A stretch of 64,000 nt of DNA from Candidatus Latescibacterota bacterium. GTDB lineage: Bacteria; Latescibacterota; UBA2968. The notes beneath the pieces are model-generated. The model was not told the DNA's origin. It did not search any database and saw only the letters and a list, made by a program, of their open reading frames with translations. A program made the position numbers and the translations under genes. Location of the stretch: assembly GCA_965222605.1 (NCBI GenBank), contig OZ244960.1, positions 4,736,001-4,800,000 on the forward strand. The letters are read 5' to 3'. Below are positions 18,560 through 28,618 of the stretch, piece by piece (position 1 is the stretch's first letter; each line of letters begins with the position of its first letter).

Positions 18560-19309
18560 TTATGTTGATGCACTACGAGGTAAATTATAAGGAATCCACT
18601 CCCATACCGATTGCCCGTTGTGCAATACTCTTATGCCACCGAACCTGGATAAGTCCGCTCTTGACTTATCGGTGACCCACTCGAATACAAAAGGGTATAA
18701 ATTCCCGTAGAGTTCCTTAAACTCATCAGTGACAGGGTGCGGCACTTTAACGCAGTCGGTGCTTGCATCTGAACCAAATTCTGCTCGCAATCGTCGTTTA
18801 CTTGCCGCGCTGAGTTCAAAATACCGATATTCCTTGTCCTGTATTTCAATAATTTCAAGGGGTGGTGGAATTGGAATGTTTTGACGATTGAAATTGCGAA
18901 ATAGCTCGATAGCCGCATTATAAAGTTGGTCGAAATTTTCGTGTATTTTGGCCCTTTCACCCTGATTCACAGCGAAATCTATCGCGACCCAGCCAAGCGT
19001 TAGCCTTGTTCGGAGTGAGTGAACAGATTCGCGGAATTTTGAAAGTGCTGTTTCAAGTTCAAGCTCAAAAAAATCATCGGGAAATACAATATCAAGAAAG
19101 CATTCTACTGCATTTCCACCTGGTTTAATATCTGTACGATACATTATCTGAGTACCGAGGTTTCTCGATGTAATATCCTCAAGGTCTGGAGGATTCCAGG
19201 CCGGATCTTGTCGATCTGTACCGTGTTTATAGAGGGCGCCATTGATTCCGCGCTCAGCCTGGCGCGAAACTACTCTGTGAACGGTTAAGTACATATCAAG
19301 CGGCATCAC
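18560..19309 (-). CDS. Hypothetical protein (249 aa), AT-richer island
   Basis: Long ORF overlapping the upstream gene by 14 nt. Confidence 0.7.
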   Translation of the reverse strand: MMPLDMYLTVHRVVSRQAERGINGALYKHGTDRQDPAWNPPDLEDITSRNLGTQIMYRTDIKPGGNAVECFLDIVFPDDFFELELETALSKFRESVHSLRTRLTLGWVAIDFAVNQGERAKIHENFDQLYNAAIELFRNFNRQNIPIPPPLEIIEIQDKEYRYFELSAASKRRLRAEFGSDASTDCVKVPHPVTDEFKELYGNLYPFVFEWVTDKSRADLSRFGGIRVLHNGQSVWEWIPYNLPRSAST

Positions 19310-19673
19310 GTATAGGGTTATGAGGATGGTTTACGAAGTCATTCTCTGTATGCGGCATTTCACTCTGAGGTCGAACAGTGGTAATACATTGATCAGAGAT
19401 AATACATTTAGCTATGACTGTACTTCCCAGTGTAAGCTTAAACGGCTTGAGAGGAGGAAGTTCTGTAAAGGGAGCTTTGGGAGAGAGAAATGATATCCAG
19501 GCCAGTGATATTCCGCTTTGATCCGGTGGGTGCAAGAGGTCCGCATGCATTGACCATGGGCCCACATCTTCATTGTTGTCATTCAGATGTGCCTCGGCAG
19601 TTAGAAACACTGTCGGCCAAAAGTCTTGCAGTTCTGGAGAAAAACGTATCTTTGCAAAGAGCTTTTGCTTCAT
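19296..19673 (-). CDS. Hypothetical protein, possible immunity protein (beta-barrel-like)
   Basis: WSM...ISFLSPKAP..L...F.L..G..VIA pattern; ATGA overlap with the upstream gene. Confidence 0.6.
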   Translation of the reverse strand: MKQKLFAKIRFSPELQDFWPTVFLTAEAHLNDNNEDVGPWSMHADLLHPPDQSGISLAWISFLSPKAPFTELPPLKPFKLTLGSTVIAKCIISDQCITTVRPQSEMPHTENDFVNHPHNPIRDAA

Positions 19674-20047
19674 AGCGTCACCTCGAATAGTTTCGCGCCT
19701 TCTAATTGGTCAAAACGAGCAAAGTAGCACGCTCCGATGTCATCAGTTCTTGCACCAATAAAATATATTTCTTTTGCAACTATTGCAGACAAGCGCACTT
19801 CTAAGACAAATCCTATCTCCTGTTCAAAACCTTTATCCATTTTCAGTTGTCCCCATTTTAGTGCCAGTTCTGGCATGGTGGTGAGGTGTTTGCCGAATTC
19901 CGTACCGCCCAGTTTCGGTTCAAGACGACGAGAGCCTCTTACACTTTCAAGCTCTGCTTTGCTGACTCGCCGAAAGAAGACTGCTTCATTCCGGTCAATC
20001 CGATAGCTGGATGGTGGGTTATTGGGTACCGGCCGCTTCTGGGGCAT
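19670..20047 (-). CDS. Hypothetical protein, possible ADP-ribosyltransferase-fold toxin domain
   Basis: FRRVSKAEL...GKHLTT...A.KWG...VLEVRL...DDIG pattern resembling Rhs C-terminal toxin domains. Confidence 0.55.
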   Translation of the reverse strand: MPQKRPVPNNPPSSYRIDRNEAVFFRRVSKAELESVRGSRRLEPKLGGTEFGKHLTTMPELALKWGQLKMDKGFEQEIGFVLEVRLSAIVAKEIYFIGARTDDIGACYFARFDQLEGAKLFEVTL

Positions 20048-20278
20048 AGGTGTGAGTTGTGAGAAATTGTCTTAGGACTTCAAATTCAGCGTATCTCATC
20101 GTAGCCTGTGTAAAAATATATCCATATAGAACTGATAAGTCCAGTAGGGATTTGAGAATATAGACTCAATGGCAATCCGTTACATGGCTTTTTTCTTTGA
20201 CAACTCGCTTTTGGGGCGCAATTATAGGGGTTGTAAAAATGCGGAGTCACTGTTGAAAAATATTTTAAGAGGTGATTA

Positions 20279-20776
20279 ATGGCTTTCAAAACTACTGATT
20301 TGTGCGATGAACACGAAACCGATCCAGCACTTCAAGTTGCTGAGCCGATATTTAATGACTATGGCGGCGTCACGGCATTTTGCGGTCCGATTGCCACAGT
20401 TAAAGTGCGCGAAGACAATGTGCTCGTGCGCCAGATACTCGAAACGCCGGGCGAGGGGCGCGTACTCGTCGTCGATGGCGAGGGGTCGACGTGGTGTGCG
20501 CTTTTGGGGGATATGGTCGCTGAAATCGCCAGCGACAACGGCTGGTCGGGGGTTGTCATAAATGGTGGTGTGCGCGATGTGTCTGAAGTTGCGAAAATCG
20601 ATATAGGTGTCAAAGCGCGTTTTGCTGTGCCGCGCCGCAGCCGAAAAGAAGGTCAGGGCCGACAGGATACGCCTCTTGCATTTGCCGGTGTCACCTTTCT
20701 TCCGGGCGATTATCTCTACGCCGATGAAGATGGGATCTTGATTGCCACGAGAGATTTATTAGACGCGCAGGTGTAG
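20279..20776 (+). CDS. rraA: RraA family / HMG aldolase
   Basis: TTDLCD, EDNVLV, VLVVDG, ALLGD, GGVRD, PGDYLYADEDG. Confidence 0.92.
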   Translation: MAFKTTDLCDEHETDPALQVAEPIFNDYGGVTAFCGPIATVKVREDNVLVRQILETPGEGRVLVVDGEGSTWCALLGDMVAEIASDNGWSGVVINGGVRDVSEVAKIDIGVKARFAVPRRSRKEGQGRQDTPLAFAGVTFLPGDYLYADEDGILIATRDLLDAQV

Positions 20777-20808
20777 CCGTACCTCGACCCGCAAAACAAC
20801 CTCACACT

Positions 20809-22188
20809 ATGGAGACAACTATGCCGCAGACAGATCGACCGAATATTTTATTTATTATGGACGACCAGCATCGTTTTGATTATATGGGTTGTGCAGGTGC
20901 TGATTTTGTTCGCACGCCCAATATTGACCGCCTGGCAAAGCAGGGGGTACACTTTACTCAATGTACGACAAATTGTCCGGTTTGCGCGCCTTCGCGCATA
21001 GCACTGGCTTCTGGGATGCAGCCTTCGCGCCTCGGGTGCGTTGGGAACAATTGCTTCTTGCCTCGTAGCCAACCGACTTATTACCAGCAATTGCGCGATT
21101 ACAATTATTACGTGGGTTGTGTGGGCAAGCTCGACCTGGCCAAACCCGATGGGTATAATGGACGCGATGGCGACAGGCCCGCTACGTATATGTGGGGCTT
21201 TACCCATCCGGTCGAATGCGAGGGCAAAATGCACGCCGGACATTCCAAAACACCGCAGGGGCCTTATAACCACTTTTTGGAGGAAAAAGGGTTGCTCGAT
21301 GCTTTTGTCGATGATTATACCCGTCGCTCCAAAGAGGGTTATCACGCCTCCTGTCACGATTCGGTCTTGCCCACCGAAGCGTTTGAAGATGTGTATATTG
21401 GGCAGCGATCTGTCGAGTGGATTGAGAATATCCCGGGGGATTTCCCCTGGCATTTATTTGTGAGCTTTGTAGGACCCCACGATCCTTTTGATCCGCCAGC
21501 CGAATACGGCGAGAAGTACCGCGATGCAGAGATGCCACCCGCCACGCCTGCAAATTTGCCGGGTAAACCCTCGTACTTAAAAGATCGCGTGAAAGACGTG
21601 ACTCCCGAAAAAATCGCGGAGACCCGACGGCAATATTGCGCGGCAATTGAGGCGATTGATGATCAGATCGGTGAGATGCTCGCGGCAGTTGAACGGCGGG
21701 GGATGACTGATAATACGTATGTCATCTTTTCCAGCGACCACGGAGAAATGCTGGGCGATCACGGTTTGTACACCAAAAGCGTGCCTTATGAAGCATCGGT
21801 ACACGTTCCTCTCATTGTTGCGGGACCCGGCATTGAAGGCGGTCGCGTCTCAGATGCTCTCGTTGAACTCATTGACATGAATCCAACGATATGTGATCTT
21901 GCCGGCGTCCCCCCGCTTTCGGATATCGACGCGCGATCAATTGGCGCGGTTCTTCGCGGAGAGGCAGAGGAACACCGCACGGAAACTGTGAGTGGCATAC
22001 AAAATTTCAGGTGTATCCGCACGCGCGAGCACAAATTGGTCGAGAACTATAACGATGTTACGGAACTCTACGATTTAATCGCAGATCCTGCGGAAGAACA
22101 CAATATCGCCGAACAGGAGCCAGAGGTGAGGCGCGAATTGTCTCGCCGTCTCTCAGCGCGTTATTTAGAAGGCACCTGGTATCGGTAG
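20809..22188 (+). CDS. Sulfatase
   Basis: PNILFIMDDQHR, CAPSR (formylglycine motif), SDHGEMLGDHG. Confidence 0.95.
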   Translation: METTMPQTDRPNILFIMDDQHRFDYMGCAGADFVRTPNIDRLAKQGVHFTQCTTNCPVCAPSRIALASGMQPSRLGCVGNNCFLPRSQPTYYQQLRDYNYYVGCVGKLDLAKPDGYNGRDGDRPATYMWGFTHPVECEGKMHAGHSKTPQGPYNHFLEEKGLLDAFVDDYTRRSKEGYHASCHDSVLPTEAFEDVYIGQRSVEWIENIPGDFPWHLFVSFVGPHDPFDPPAEYGEKYRDAEMPPATPANLPGKPSYLKDRVKDVTPEKIAETRRQYCAAIEAIDDQIGEMLAAVERRGMTDNTYVIFSSDHGEMLGDHGLYTKSVPYEASVHVPLIVAGPGIEGGRVSDALVELIDMNPTICDLAGVPPLSDIDARSIGAVLRGEAEEHRTETVSGIQNFRCIRTREHKLVENYNDVTELYDLIADPAEEHNIAEQEPEVRRELSRRLSARYLEGTWYR

Positions 22189-22197
22189 GAGGGAATC

Positions 22198-23181
22198 GTG
22201 AAATACACCAAACTCCCCGGTACGGATATCGATGTCTCTGTTATTGCTCTGGGCTGCTGGCCTTTTGCTGGTGGTGATGTTTGGGGAGAGCAAGACGACG
22301 ATGTATCTATCGCGACGGTGCATGCCGCGCTCGATGCGGGTATCACTTTTTTTGATACGGCAGAAGGCTATGGCAAGTCCGAACGCGTGCTCGGGCAGGG
22401 TCTCAAAGGTCGTCGGCAAGACGCGGTGATCGCCACCAAAGTTGGAGGTGGTCATCTTTCATCCGATGATTTGCCCAAAGCCTGCGAACAAAGCCTGAAA
22501 AATCTGCAAACAGATTATATCGATTTGTACCAAATTCATTGGCCCAATCACAATATTCCCATCGCAGAAACAGCAAGCGCGCTTCAGCGTCTCCGCGATC
22601 AGGGAAAAATTCGGGCCATTGGCGTTTGCAATTTTGCTTGCGGCGATCTGAGTGACTTGCTCGCTGTTGCCGATATTGTCACCAATCAGTTGTCCTTTAG
22701 CTTGCTCTGGCGCGTTATTGAACGCGAGATTCAACCGATGTGTTTGGAAAACAATATTGGCATTATCTGTTATAGCCCACTGATGCAGGGGTTGCTTACC
22801 GGACGTTATGCTTCTGCGGATGACGTGCCAGATGGGCTGGCGCGAACGCGCCTGTTTGCGAGTGATCGCCCCATGTCCAAACACGGCGAGGAAGGCTGTG
22901 AGGCCGAAGTGTTTGACGCGCTGGAAAAAATTTGCGCTGTCGCCGATGAAGCAGGCGTTGCAATGGCCGAGATTGCCCTTGCCTGGGCACTACAACAACC
23001 CGGCATTACATCGCTTCTGGTAGGCGCGAGAAATCCCGATGAAGTGCAATGGAATCTTCCTTCGGTTGATCTCATATTGCCAGAAGAGATTCTGCAATGC
23101 TTATCTGAAATTACAGAAGGTGTTAAAGACAAACTCGGCAATAATCCCGATATGTGGATGTCGGAGTCGAGGATGAGATAG
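22198..23181 (+). CDS. Aldo/keto reductase
   Basis: FDTAEGYG, IATK, IDLYQIHWP, YSPLMQGLLTG; GTG start. Confidence 0.95.
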   Translation: MKYTKLPGTDIDVSVIALGCWPFAGGDVWGEQDDDVSIATVHAALDAGITFFDTAEGYGKSERVLGQGLKGRRQDAVIATKVGGGHLSSDDLPKACEQSLKNLQTDYIDLYQIHWPNHNIPIAETASALQRLRDQGKIRAIGVCNFACGDLSDLLAVADIVTNQLSFSLLWRVIEREIQPMCLENNIGIICYSPLMQGLLTGRYASADDVPDGLARTRLFASDRPMSKHGEEGCEAEVFDALEKICAVADEAGVAMAEIALAWALQQPGITSLLVGARNPDEVQWNLPSVDLILPEEILQCLSEITEGVKDKLGNNPDMWMSESRMR

Positions 23182-23256
23182 TTTTCCGAAACAAATTTTA
23201 CTCGTATTTGTCTCATTTTTTAGATACGCTACGGTAGAAAAGATCAGGAGGCTCTC

Positions 23257-23604
23257 ATGGCTCATCTTCAGATTGACGACCCAGAAACATTTTTTCGCAT
23301 CTTTGCAGATCTTTTGGCTGCTGGCGAAGACGACAAGCACATGGCTCGAAAACTGGGATGCTCGCGGGGCGAAAGCAAGCGCAGGCGGCAGGTGTTTCAA
23401 AAAGGGGGCATTGTGACGAAAGACGGCGTGTCAAAAGAAAAATTAGATGCGTGGCTGTCTTCAAATGACGGTCAGCGCGCACAGCGCCAGTGGGAAGCCC
23501 ATCACAGACGACAACAGGCCCTGGGGGCAACGGGTACCAAACCACAAAAGGGATTTCGCAGACAGCCCGAGGTCAAACGCGGTTGGTCGCGGCAAAAGAT
23601 TTGA
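23257..23604 (+). CDS. Hypothetical basic protein (115 aa)
   Basis: AGGAGG SD; followed by a terminator. Confidence 0.6.
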   Translation: MAHLQIDDPETFFRIFADLLAAGEDDKHMARKLGCSRGESKRRRQVFQKGGIVTKDGVSKEKLDAWLSSNDGQRAQRQWEAHHRRQQALGATGTKPQKGFRRQPEVKRGWSRQKI

Positions 23605-23630
23605 GGTAACAATATTAGTTTGGGATTACA

Positions 23631-23663
23631 AAAAAGGCCGATGGGCGATGTCCATCGGCCTTT
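23631..23663. terminator. Bidirectional terminator
   Basis: AAAGGCCGATGG...CCATCGGCCTTT between convergent genes. Confidence 0.8.
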
Positions 23664-23686
23664 CATATTTTTTAGATCGTTCATCG

Positions 23687-24655
23687 TTAATCGCGTTTCA
23701 AGTCCAGCCAATCGAGCTCTTCTTGCGTGAGTTTCAAATTGAGGGCTTCGATATTGGCTTTGCACTCATCGGGATGGAATACGCCGATTAGTGAAAAGAG
23801 ATTCAGGGGCTGATTCAGATTGAATGCCAGCGCGATTTGTGGCACGGTCAGTCCTTTTTCTTTTCCCAGTTCTCCCGCGCGGTCCAGGCGTTTGAAGTTT
23901 TGTTCGTAACAATAGGCTTCGACACAGGAACCCGGTAGATTTGCTTTGTAGTCTTCATAAGTTTCGCGCGTAAATCTGCCAGAAAAAAATCCCTGTGCCA
24001 GGCTCGACCAGGTAAACAGGGGCATGTTTTGTTCTGCGTACCACGCCCGGTCCGCCTCGTTGTATGGCCCACTGATGCTGATACAGCCTCTCCAGGGTTC
24101 TTTAACCTGTTCTGCAAGGCTGTAATTGGGGCTGCTCACGGTGAATGGTTCCAGATTGTGCTTATATGCGTATTCATTGGCTTCCTGTATGCGCGGCACG
24201 GTCCAGTTCGATCCGCCAAATAGTCCGATCCGGCCTGCTGCTTTGTGTTCGTTTAATATCTCTACTATTGGTCCAACTTCAACATTGAGATCATCGCGGT
24301 GTAATACATAGATGTCGATAAAATTCGTTCGGCAACGCTCTAATGAAGTGGTCAGATCGGCTGTAATATCAACTGGTGTGACTTTATTTTTGTTTCCACT
24401 GTGATGTGCGCCCTTTGTTAAGATGACGGCTTCGCCGAACAGGCCGCGCTCGTCGAGCCATTGCCCCAAGACGCGCTCACACTGTCCACCGCCGTAAATA
24501 TACGCACAATCAAAGCCGTTGACGCCGAGTGCCCACACGCCGTCTAACAGGTCAAATGATCCTTGCAGGTCGTCTTCGCGCAACATCATTGTACCTTGCA
24601 AAATACGCGAATTTTTTTTGTCCATTCCTTCAATTTTGCCGTATTCCATTGGCAT
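23687..24655 (-). CDS. Aldo/keto reductase
   Basis: FDCAYIYG, ILTKG, IDIYVLHRD, WSSLAQG. Confidence 0.92.
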   Translation of the reverse strand: MPMEYGKIEGMDKKNSRILQGTMMLREDDLQGSFDLLDGVWALGVNGFDCAYIYGGGQCERVLGQWLDERGLFGEAVILTKGAHHSGNKNKVTPVDITADLTTSLERCRTNFIDIYVLHRDDLNVEVGPIVEILNEHKAAGRIGLFGGSNWTVPRIQEANEYAYKHNLEPFTVSSPNYSLAEQVKEPWRGCISISGPYNEADRAWYAEQNMPLFTWSSLAQGFFSGRFTRETYEDYKANLPGSCVEAYCYEQNFKRLDRAGELGKEKGLTVPQIALAFNLNQPLNLFSLIGVFHPDECKANIEALNLKLTQEELDWLDLKRD

Positions 24656-24659
24656 GATA

Positions 24660-25646
24660 TTATTCCCTTTCCATCGGATATTTCAATCCCCATTGTTCTC
24701 GAATTGCGTCCAGTGTCTGCATATTGGCAAGCGTATCGTCGTGTGACATGAGATCGCTTTCCAGCTTGCCTTCTCTTACGCAGCGGGCCACCTCGGCGGC
24801 TTCACACTCGTATCCGTTTCCAGCGCATTCCAGTGTTATGACTTCCTCTTTGCCGCCGGCGGACAGGGTTGCCGTGCGTCCATCCCAAAACTGCGGCACT
24901 GTAATCATGCCATCTGTGCCCAAAATTTTTGCCTCGTGTGGTGTTTTGATTCGCACACCGCACGAAATCAATGCGAGTTGCCCTTTATCGTAGCCAAATA
25001 CCATAGCCGCCTGTTCATCTACTCCGGTCTCGCCAATATGCGCCTGGCTTGAAATGGTGGCAGGTTGCGTATCGAAGATCATGGACGCATAAGAGATGGG
25101 ATAAATCCCAATATCGAGCAGTCCGCCGCCACCGAGCGCGAGATCGAACAAGCGACCTTCGGGATTGAGGCGGGCGCGAAATCCAAAATCGGCATATAAC
25201 ATTCGCACCTCGCCAATTGCGCCGTCTGTGACCCACGCCTTTACCTGTTTGGTAATGGGCAAGAATCGGGTCCACATGGCTTCCATCAAAAACACGCCTT
25301 CACTGCGGGCGACTTCGATAACTTCTCTGGCTTCGTGCTGGTTGATTGTAAATGGTTTTTCGCACAACACGGGCTTGCCCGCTTTCAGGCATAAGATACT
25401 GTGCTCTTTGTGAAAGGGATGGGGCGTTGCCACATAAACCGCATCGACTTCTGGATCTTCGGCGAGTGCTTCATAAGAGGCGTGGCGATTGGGTACATCA
25501 TACGCGTCGGCAAAGGCGTCGGCGCGATCCTGGCTGCGCGATCCCACGGCTACGAGTTGTGCATCGTCGAGTGCACGCAATCCCGTGGCAAACTTATGTG
25601 CAATACTGCCGGGGCCGATAATGCCCCAGCGAAAGATATCACCCAT
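24660..25646 (-). CDS. Gfo/Idh/MocA oxidoreductase
   Basis: WGIIGPGSIA, CEKP, EAMWTRF, GGGLLDIGIY; start reset to MGDIFR (AGAGGA SD). Confidence 0.95.
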   Translation of the reverse strand: MGDIFRWGIIGPGSIAHKFATGLRALDDAQLVAVGSRSQDRADAFADAYDVPNRHASYEALAEDPEVDAVYVATPHPFHKEHSILCLKAGKPVLCEKPFTINQHEAREVIEVARSEGVFLMEAMWTRFLPITKQVKAWVTDGAIGEVRMLYADFGFRARLNPEGRLFDLALGGGGLLDIGIYPISYASMIFDTQPATISSQAHIGETGVDEQAAMVFGYDKGQLALISCGVRIKTPHEAKILGTDGMITVPQFWDGRTATLSAGGKEEVITLECAGNGYECEAAEVARCVREGKLESDLMSHDDTLANMQTLDAIREQWGLKYPMERE

Positions 25647-25663
25647 TATTGATCCTCTTCTGA

Positions 25664-26392
25664 TTATGAGGTTGAAAATAGAACATACAAAATCATGCGT
25701 ACGGCGAGCAGTGTTACCAGCCACCTTAAAAGTACGCGAAAATGGTGCTCGGGTACGCGCCCGCGGATCAGCGTTCCCAGGTAAGACCCAAGCGATGCCG
25801 AAACGATCATACCAATGACCAATTTCCAATACGGTGCAAAGGCAAAACCCAAAAACCCAAATGTCAAAATTTTCATTGTATGGCTCGATGCCATCTGAAC
25901 CGAATGCGTGATTACCGTGCGATCGCGGGGCAGGTTTTCTCGCAAGAGAAATGGCATATTGAGCGGACCACTTACGCCAAAAAACAGAGATAAAGCCGTT
26001 TGAAAAGCACCCAGAAGTGTAAATTTTGCGGGTAAATCGGGCGCGCGGAAAAATTTGGGCATCCAGGTGATGATCAAAATAAAAATACCCAAAAAGAGGG
26101 GCATGGTTTCCCATTCAAAGTAGGCAATAAAACGGGAACCCAACACGGCGCCAATCACTGTTCCGATTGCGTATTGTCCCACAAGACGCCATGCTGTATG
26201 CTTGAGGCCAAAGAGAGAGCGGCTCAAATTACTGGCAATTTGCACCAGTCCGTGAACCGGGATAATCGCCGCTGCGGGGAGGAAACCCGGCATAATCGCA
26301 ATGAGGACAACGCCGCCGCCAACGCCGCCAACAGCCGCGATCATCGATGTTATACACGCCGCCCCGATCAAAAACCAATCCGCTATTGCCAT
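25664..26392 (-). CDS. TauE/SafE (TSUP) family transporter
   Basis: Hydrophobic; GVGGG motif and GVSGP repeat. Confidence 0.85.
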   Translation of the reverse strand: MAIADWFLIGAACITSMIAAVGGVGGGVVLIAIMPGFLPAAAIIPVHGLVQIASNLSRSLFGLKHTAWRLVGQYAIGTVIGAVLGSRFIAYFEWETMPLFLGIFILIITWMPKFFRAPDLPAKFTLLGAFQTALSLFFGVSGPLNMPFLLRENLPRDRTVITHSVQMASSHTMKILTFGFLGFAFAPYWKLVIGMIVSASLGSYLGTLIRGRVPEHHFRVLLRWLVTLLAVRMILYVLFSTS

Positions 26393-26399
26393 GCACTCA

Positions 26400-27836
26400 T
26401 CACCAGGTTATATAATGGGTTACAGACTCGCCCCGTTTGGCGGTAAAGCGATCGTATTTCGGATGGATAAAATCTTCGGTCGCATCCATGTGGGCGTAAA
26501 AAGCCCGCTTCATTTCTTCCCTTTTTTTCGGTTGGGCATCGTATAGATTGTCCAGTTCATCGGAGTCGTCAATTAGATTGTACAGCTCGCCGTAATTTTT
26601 TGTCGGATAGTGAATATATTTCCATTCTCGCGTGCGGATGCAGCGTTTATCGACCGCTTCGGCAAAGATTATGTCTCGTATTTCCGATTGTTCGCCGTTC
26701 ATCAGCGGCGACAAATCCATGCCCTGCACGCATTCGGGCGCATCAAAACCCGCTAATTGCGCCATTGTGGGAAATAGATCTACGGTTTCGGTCAGTGCAT
26801 CGCAATCGCCGCCTGCACGACCGGGCACGGCAATAAAACACGGTATGTGTAACATGCAATCGAGGAGAAATGGTGCTTTAGCCGGGATACCGTGATCGCC
26901 TAAAAATTCACCGTGGTCCGATAGAAAAACCACGATGGTCTCATCCGCTACGCCCTTTTTCTCTAATGTCTCGACGATCAGGCCCACCTGATGGTCAATT
27001 TGGGATACCATGCCGTAATACGCTGCCTTCATCTTGCGGAATGTTTCATCGGAAGCCTGGTCAAACCCGCGGTATTTGTGGTGTTCTGCTTTGAAATACA
27101 AACCGTATTCAGGCGGCTTTTTTGCGATGTCGTCTTCTGCGCGTCGAAAGGGGGGCATTGCATTGGGATCGTACATGTTTGCAAAATGCCCAGAGGGAAC
27201 ATAAGGATGGTGAGGTCCGTAGAATCCCACCCATAAGAAAAAGGGATTACTCGTATCCAATCCTTCGAGGTATTCAATGCTTTTCATTCCTACATAGGCA
27301 TCAATGTGGCAATCTTCGGGGAGATCGGATGGCACGGCACCGAGGTTTTTGCGAAAATTGGGCAGGGCGTATCCCGTTTTATATTCGTATCCTCGATCGC
27401 GAACATATTGCTCAAATGGATTGGGATCCGTGACTGTATAATTCCCATCTGCGCGCTCTTTCCATCCCCGCCGTATTCCCACAGCGTCCATGTGATCGAG
27501 TATCTGTCGAAAACGCTGCTGTCCAATGCCGTGTTTGCCCACACCGGCGGTTGTATAGCCCTGGTTTTTGAATGCTTCTACCATTGTAATTTCATTTTCG
27601 TTGAGCTTTGAACCGTTCCATTTTACGCCGTGATTTTTTGGATAACGTCCGGTCATAAATGTCGCACGCGACGGTGAACATACGGGATTTTGTACAAAGC
27701 AGTTTGAAAATCGCGTGCTCCTCTCGGATAGGGCGTCAATTGCAGGCGTTTGTATGACGCGATCCCCCGTGCATCCCAGCGTATCATATCGCAAATGGTC
27801 TGTCGTAATAAATAAGATATTGGGCTGTTTAATCAT
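26400..27836 (-). CDS. Sulfatase
   Basis: PNILFITTDHLR, CSPSR, SDHGEFLGDHG. Confidence 0.95.
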   Translation of the reverse strand: MIKQPNILFITTDHLRYDTLGCTGDRVIQTPAIDALSERSTRFSNCFVQNPVCSPSRATFMTGRYPKNHGVKWNGSKLNENEITMVEAFKNQGYTTAGVGKHGIGQQRFRQILDHMDAVGIRRGWKERADGNYTVTDPNPFEQYVRDRGYEYKTGYALPNFRKNLGAVPSDLPEDCHIDAYVGMKSIEYLEGLDTSNPFFLWVGFYGPHHPYVPSGHFANMYDPNAMPPFRRAEDDIAKKPPEYGLYFKAEHHKYRGFDQASDETFRKMKAAYYGMVSQIDHQVGLIVETLEKKGVADETIVVFLSDHGEFLGDHGIPAKAPFLLDCMLHIPCFIAVPGRAGGDCDALTETVDLFPTMAQLAGFDAPECVQGMDLSPLMNGEQSEIRDIIFAEAVDKRCIRTREWKYIHYPTKNYGELYNLIDDSDELDNLYDAQPKKREEMKRAFYAHMDATEDFIHPKYDRFTAKRGESVTHYITW

Positions 27837-27844
27837 CGCATACC

Positions 27845-28585
27845 TCATAGCAGATCATTACTTAAAATTGTTGGGCACCAGAATTTTTCAATATACGAGA
27901 TTACCAATTGTGTGCCCGCTTCATGGCTCACATAAGGCGGCTTTGCCGGGTTGTACATCGCATCGGTCAAATCTCGAATTAGCGCGACCTGGATGCCCCA
28001 GCGCGTCATTTGTTTGATTGCAAATGTGCGATGCAATACACACATGTTGGTATGCACGCCCATGATGAGCATTTTGTCGATTTCCCGGTGCTGCATATAA
28101 CTATAAATTTCTTGTCCCTGATCGGAAATAATATCCCGTTTCTGGTCAATATCTATCCCTGCGTGTTGCCGCGTCCAGACCTGCGTATTGATTTTTTTAG
28201 GATCTTCCCCTGTGTCTGACCCGCCATCCGAATCATCGATTGGCAGTGGGGGATCAGAGTGATCCAGATTTTCAGGCGGTTCAACGGATGGGACATCCAA
28301 TACCCGTCTCCGCGCAGGCGTGTTGGCATAAACATCGAGCGTGCCCGAGGGGGCGTGAATAATGGTTATACCTTGCTTTCGCGCGCTTTGCACAACGGCG
28401 TTCATGCGGGGAATCATCGCTTCTAATCGCTCGACCGCACCGCGACACCAGTGGTTGTTCCACACATCGCATAACAGCAGGACTGTTTGCTCGGGAGGCC
28501 AATAGATCCGTTCTGTTATTGTTTCCCAAACCGTATGTTCACTGTCATCCCACAATAAGGACTGCCTCTGCATGGTCAAGTTCAC
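27845..28585 (-). CDS. Isochorismatase-like cysteine hydrolase
   Basis: LLCDVW, IIHAPS, GVHTNMCV, RDLTD. Confidence 0.8.
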   Translation of the reverse strand: MNLTMQRQSLLWDDSEHTVWETITERIYWPPEQTVLLLCDVWNNHWCRGAVERLEAMIPRMNAVVQSARKQGITIIHAPSGTLDVYANTPARRRVLDVPSVEPPENLDHSDPPLPIDDSDGGSDTGEDPKKINTQVWTRQHAGIDIDQKRDIISDQGQEIYSYMQHREIDKMLIMGVHTNMCVLHRTFAIKQMTRWGIQVALIRDLTDAMYNPAKPPYVSHEAGTQLVISYIEKFWCPTILSNDLL

Positions 28586-28618
28586 GATACACCTCCTGTA
28601 TTAGCGGTCAGCCGCTTC

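Noticed and set aside
25647-26114. N-terminal extension of the Gfo/Idh/MocA ORF (484 aa)
   Set aside because: Overlaps the TauE gene in another frame; the start with an SD is at 25646.
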